Source: Chloroflexota bacterium
Lineage (GTDB): Bacteria > Chloroflexota > UBA11872 > VXOZ01
Direction of reading: 5' to 3'
Length of the DNA: 64,000 nucleotides
Assembly: GCA_965221905.1 (NCBI GenBank)
Contig: OZ244922.1
Location: 1,728,001 to 1,792,000 of the forward strand
Both the position numbers and the translations under genes were made by a program. This document shows, piece after piece, positions 61,222 to 64,000 of the stretch (within the stretch, counting starts at the first letter, position 1; each line of letters starts with the position of its first letter). The notes beneath the pieces are model-generated. The model did not search any database and was not told the origin of the DNA. It was given only the letters and a program-made list of their open reading frames with translations.

Positions 61222-61383
61222 CTAGTCCAGGCTGCCGAGGCGGTTGGAGAGGATTTCGTCGATGATGGCGACGGAGAAGAGGAGGGTGAAGGGGATGGCG
61301 AGCATGAGGAAGATCGCGATGAGGGAGATGAAGAAGAGCACGGTGTCTGCCGTGCTGAGGGTTTGCATCCACTGGATCAACAT
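61222..61383 (-). CDS. Small hydrophobic membrane peptide (53 aa)
   Basis: ATG 61383 after GGGGAGA; one long TM stretch VLFFISLIAIFLMLAIPFTLLFSVAII. Confidence 0.5.
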   Translation of the reverse strand: MLIQWMQTLSTADTVLFFISLIAIFLMLAIPFTLLFSVAIIDEILSNRLGSLD

Positions 61384-61588
61384 GGCCGGTCTCCCCTGGC
61401 GACGCGGACTAGAGTAGCGGTAACTCCAGTTCAATCATCGGCTTTGTCCAGAACGACACCGCTAAGTGGAGTGCAAATTAGCATCAAATGACATTGTCGC
61501 GCATTATTGAGTAGAGTGTAGCAGAGCAGCGGACAAGGGACAATCGCTAGCAGGTGACAGGCATCTCGACGAATTTGCTGTCTTAAGT

Positions 61589-61831
61589 CTATCGTGGCAG
61601 CAGTTCCAAAGCGGCTAAGACGCCAATGACTACGATGGCTACCCCATAGAGATGCAGCCGCATGCGCAACTCTAATTCGCGGAGGTTGGCCTTTATGGTG
61701 TCTGTATCTGTCTTGGTTGCCAGCGCCTCGTTCGAATCACCGAGGGTATTCAGTAATGTCTTTGCCTGGGAATCCGTGAACCCTCCCGCCGTAAGCGCCT
61801 CATAGGCCTTGTGCGTATCGAAAACTGCCAC
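61589..61831 (-). CDS. Small DUF1640/CCDC90-like protein
   Basis: MAVFDTHKAYEALTAGGF..QA...LATKTD...LRELELR plus a C-terminal TM. Confidence 0.75.
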   Translation of the reverse strand: MAVFDTHKAYEALTAGGFTDSQAKTLLNTLGDSNEALATKTDTDTIKANLRELELRMRLHLYGVAIVVIGVLAALELLPR

Positions 61832-61984
61832 TGCCTCGCCTCTTTGATCTGGAACTGAGTCCGCTAGCCTGTGGTAAGTCTACCAAGTGGCAAATTGACA
61901 GACAATCCCATGGAACCACCAGCTAACTTTCGCATATAGTCCGCTCAATCGGTCGTGGATAGTGACTTGTACACCGCCTGGGCA

Positions 61985-63424
61985 CTACCCTTCCTCCGGC
62001 CAGTCGAGCATCTGAACCGTGACTTCGCTGCCTGGCTCGACATAATCCTGGTGCTCGGAGATGATGGCGAGGCCGTCGGCCTTGGCGAGGGATGTAAGAA
62101 GTTGCGAGCCCTGTTCGCCGGTCAGACGTGCGGTGTAGCCGTGGTCGTCTCGCTCGATAATGACGCGCACAAACTGGCGGCGGCCGTGGTTTTCCATGCC
62201 GTCGAGGAAGCGGGCTTTGACGGTGGTCTTGTGCAGGCTGCTGTGCCCCTGCATGATGAGGAGCGCCGGGCGCACGAATTCCTCGAAGGTGACGTAGGCG
62301 GAGACGGGATTGCCGGGGAGGCCGACGACGGGCACACGGCGGGTGCGATTGTCGGATGAAGGATGGGCTGCCGCTTCTGTGGTAATGAACCCCTCACCCT
62401 GGCCCTCTCCCCAGGGAGAGGGATGACTTCCCGCTACAGTGCTAGTGATGCCTGAACCCTCTTTCGCATCGGGTTGTGCTGCGGAATTATCAGGGCTCAC
62501 TGATTGCTCAATAAATCCAAATGCCAGCGGCTTGCCGGGACGCATGCGGATGCGCCAGAAGTCAATTTCGCCTTCCGCGCCGAGCACGTTGCGCACCAGA
62601 TCGTAGTCGCCCATCGAAACGCCGCCAATCGTTACGATCAGGTCGCAATCCAGGCAGGAGAGCAGTGCCGCGCGGGTCTCTTCCACTGTGTCACCGACCA
62701 CGGGCAGGCGGCGCGGGACGCCGCCATAGGTGGTCACCAGCGCTTCAAGGGCATGCGCCGCGCTGTTGCGCACTTGGCCCGGTTGCAGGGGCCGGTCGAT
62801 CTCAATCACCTCGTCGCCGGTGGGAATTATCGCCACCACGGGACGCCGGTAGACCGCTACCTGCGCTCTGCCCAGGGACGCCAGCACGCCGATCTCAGCC
62901 GGCCGGATGCGCTTGCCGCGTGCCAGTACCTGCTCGCCCACTTTGATGTCTTCCGCCCGGAAGCGCACGTTGTCCTGGAACTCCGGCGACAGAAGAATGC
63001 CGACGGTGGCGGGATCGCCGCTTGCACCGGGCCGTGTGCCGAATTTCGCCCAGTCGGTACGGTCGGTATCCTCAAACGGCACCACGGCGTCGCTACCCGG
63101 CGGCACCGGCGCGCCGGTCATGATGCGCACCGCCTCGCTCGCCCCTAGCGGCACGGTGGGCACGGCACCGGCGGCAAGGTCGCCGACAACACGCAGGTGC
63201 ACGGGCTGTGCCTCACTTGCCGCCTGCGTATCTGCAAAGCGCACGGCATAGCCGTCCATAGCGGAATTATCGAACGCGGGCACGTCTTCGGTGCTCACCA
63301 CGTCCTCCGACAGCACGCGGCCGAGCGCATCCAGTAAGGAGACCGTTTCGGTTTCGAGCGCGCCGAATTGGGAGACGATGCGCGCAAACGCTTCCTCTAC
63401 GCTAAGCATGCGGTCCTCTGGCAT
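61985..63424 (-). CDS. moeA: Molybdopterin molybdotransferase with a ~55-aa in-frame insertion
   Basis: FDNSAMDGYAV, RIMTGAPVP, TGDE, GGVSMGDYD, RPGKP and GLPGNPVSA. Confidence 0.95.
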   Translation of the reverse strand: MPEDRMLSVEEAFARIVSQFGALETETVSLLDALGRVLSEDVVSTEDVPAFDNSAMDGYAVRFADTQAASEAQPVHLRVVGDLAAGAVPTVPLGASEAVRIMTGAPVPPGSDAVVPFEDTDRTDWAKFGTRPGASGDPATVGILLSPEFQDNVRFRAEDIKVGEQVLARGKRIRPAEIGVLASLGRAQVAVYRRPVVAIIPTGDEVIEIDRPLQPGQVRNSAAHALEALVTTYGGVPRRLPVVGDTVEETRAALLSCLDCDLIVTIGGVSMGDYDLVRNVLGAEGEIDFWRIRMRPGKPLAFGFIEQSVSPDNSAAQPDAKEGSGITSTVAGSHPSPWGEGQGEGFITTEAAAHPSSDNRTRRVPVVGLPGNPVSAYVTFEEFVRPALLIMQGHSSLHKTTVKARFLDGMENHGRRQFVRVIIERDDHGYTARLTGEQGSQLLTSLAKADGLAIISEHQDYVEPGSEVTVQMLDWPEEG

Positions 63425-63562
63425 GGTGTTCCTGATTTCCTACCGTGCTGCGATGCCGTATTGATTGAGACCTAGTGTCTCAGGGCATAGCTCTCAATAA
63501 GTGTCACAGTTGATCGTTGCGCAGTTTCGCGGGTAGCTCTTGGCTGCACTGCGTCAAAGTCG

Positions 63563-63669
63563 GCGGGGGACAAGCCCCCGCGCTACAAGTTTTCAAAATA
63601 CACTGCGGGGGACAAGCCCCCGCGCTTCAGTTGTCAATAAAGACTGCGGCGGAAAAGCCCTCTCGCTAC
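63563..63669 (-). repeat. Three tandem GTAG-type REP units
   Basis: GCGGGGGACAAGCCCCCGCGCTAC at 63563-63586, a near-identical copy at 63605-63628 and a degenerate copy at 63646-63669. Confidence 0.85.
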
Positions 63670-63761
63670 AACCTCACATTGAATTGGGTATTCACCGGCC
63701 AACTATGGTGAAGCCAAGCTATGCCAATCGCCGGTGGTGCAAAAGTGGGCTTTCGACCCGG

Positions 63762-63998
63762 TTACCCTTGCAGGTTGAAGACCACCAGCTTCAGGTCGGT
63801 CATCTCCTCGATGACGAACTTGGGGCCTTCGCGACCCATGCCGCTTTCTTTCACACCGCCGAACGGCATCTGATCGGCGCGGTAGCGTGAGGTATCGTTG
63901 ATCATAAGCGCGCCGATGCGCACCTCCTTGGCGGCTTTCCAAGCCGTTTCCAGGTCGTTTGTGAAGATACCGCCCTGCAAGCCGTAGCGCGAGTTGTT
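63762..63998 (-). CDS. Aldehyde dehydrogenase family protein (3' end only)
   Basis: NNSRYGLQGGIFT...MPFGGVKESGMGREG; the frame is open to the window edge. Confidence 0.92.
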   Translation of the reverse strand, partial: NNSRYGLQGGIFTNDLETAWKAAKEVRIGALMINDTSRYRADQMPFGGVKESGMGREGPKFVIEEMTDLKLVVFNLQG

Positions 63999-64000
63999 TG

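Noticed and set aside
63563-63669. Possible mini-CRISPR array (three 24-bp palindromic repeats)
   Set aside because: Spacers are only 17-18 nt, no cas genes are present, and the units carry the GTAG REP signature.
56095-64000. attR duplicate of the tRNA 3' end or an integrase
   Set aside because: No copy of CCCTCCAGGCG was noticed downstream and no recombinase ORF is present.

Overview
A moderately GC-rich bacterial chromosomal segment. The gene set and repeat types suggest Chloroflexota, but this is inference only. Housekeeping genes include ispG, thrB, ade-hpt, comM, nhaA, ftsY/ffh, pyrD, rpmE-DUF1385-prfA-prmC, moeA, tRNA-Arg(UCG) and a candidate 6S RNA. The accessory features are more unusual. 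(1) A 9.3 kb duplicated array holds four diversified Tat-lipoprotein solute-binding proteins interleaved with two paralogous membrane proteins of unusual architecture (multi-TM + BON-like + double Zn-ribbon + RDD), with no ABC permease or ATPase beside them. This is the best candidate for an undescribed sensing or uptake system. (2) A ~1026-aa SNF2 helicase is split by a complete IS5 element with a CTAA target duplication. (3) A duplicated comM 5' end that differs only at synonymous sites flanks a cargo gene. (4) A tRNA-adjacent patch carries a truncated peptide-binding protein and a putative defence pair (wHTH-NDT protein + NucS/DUF4268 nuclease). (5) A palindromic repeat is inserted in frame inside moeA. 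(6) A small gene appears to start at ATT. A mazEF module and several REP-like repeat families are also present. All functional calls come from motif recognition by eye; no database searches were run.
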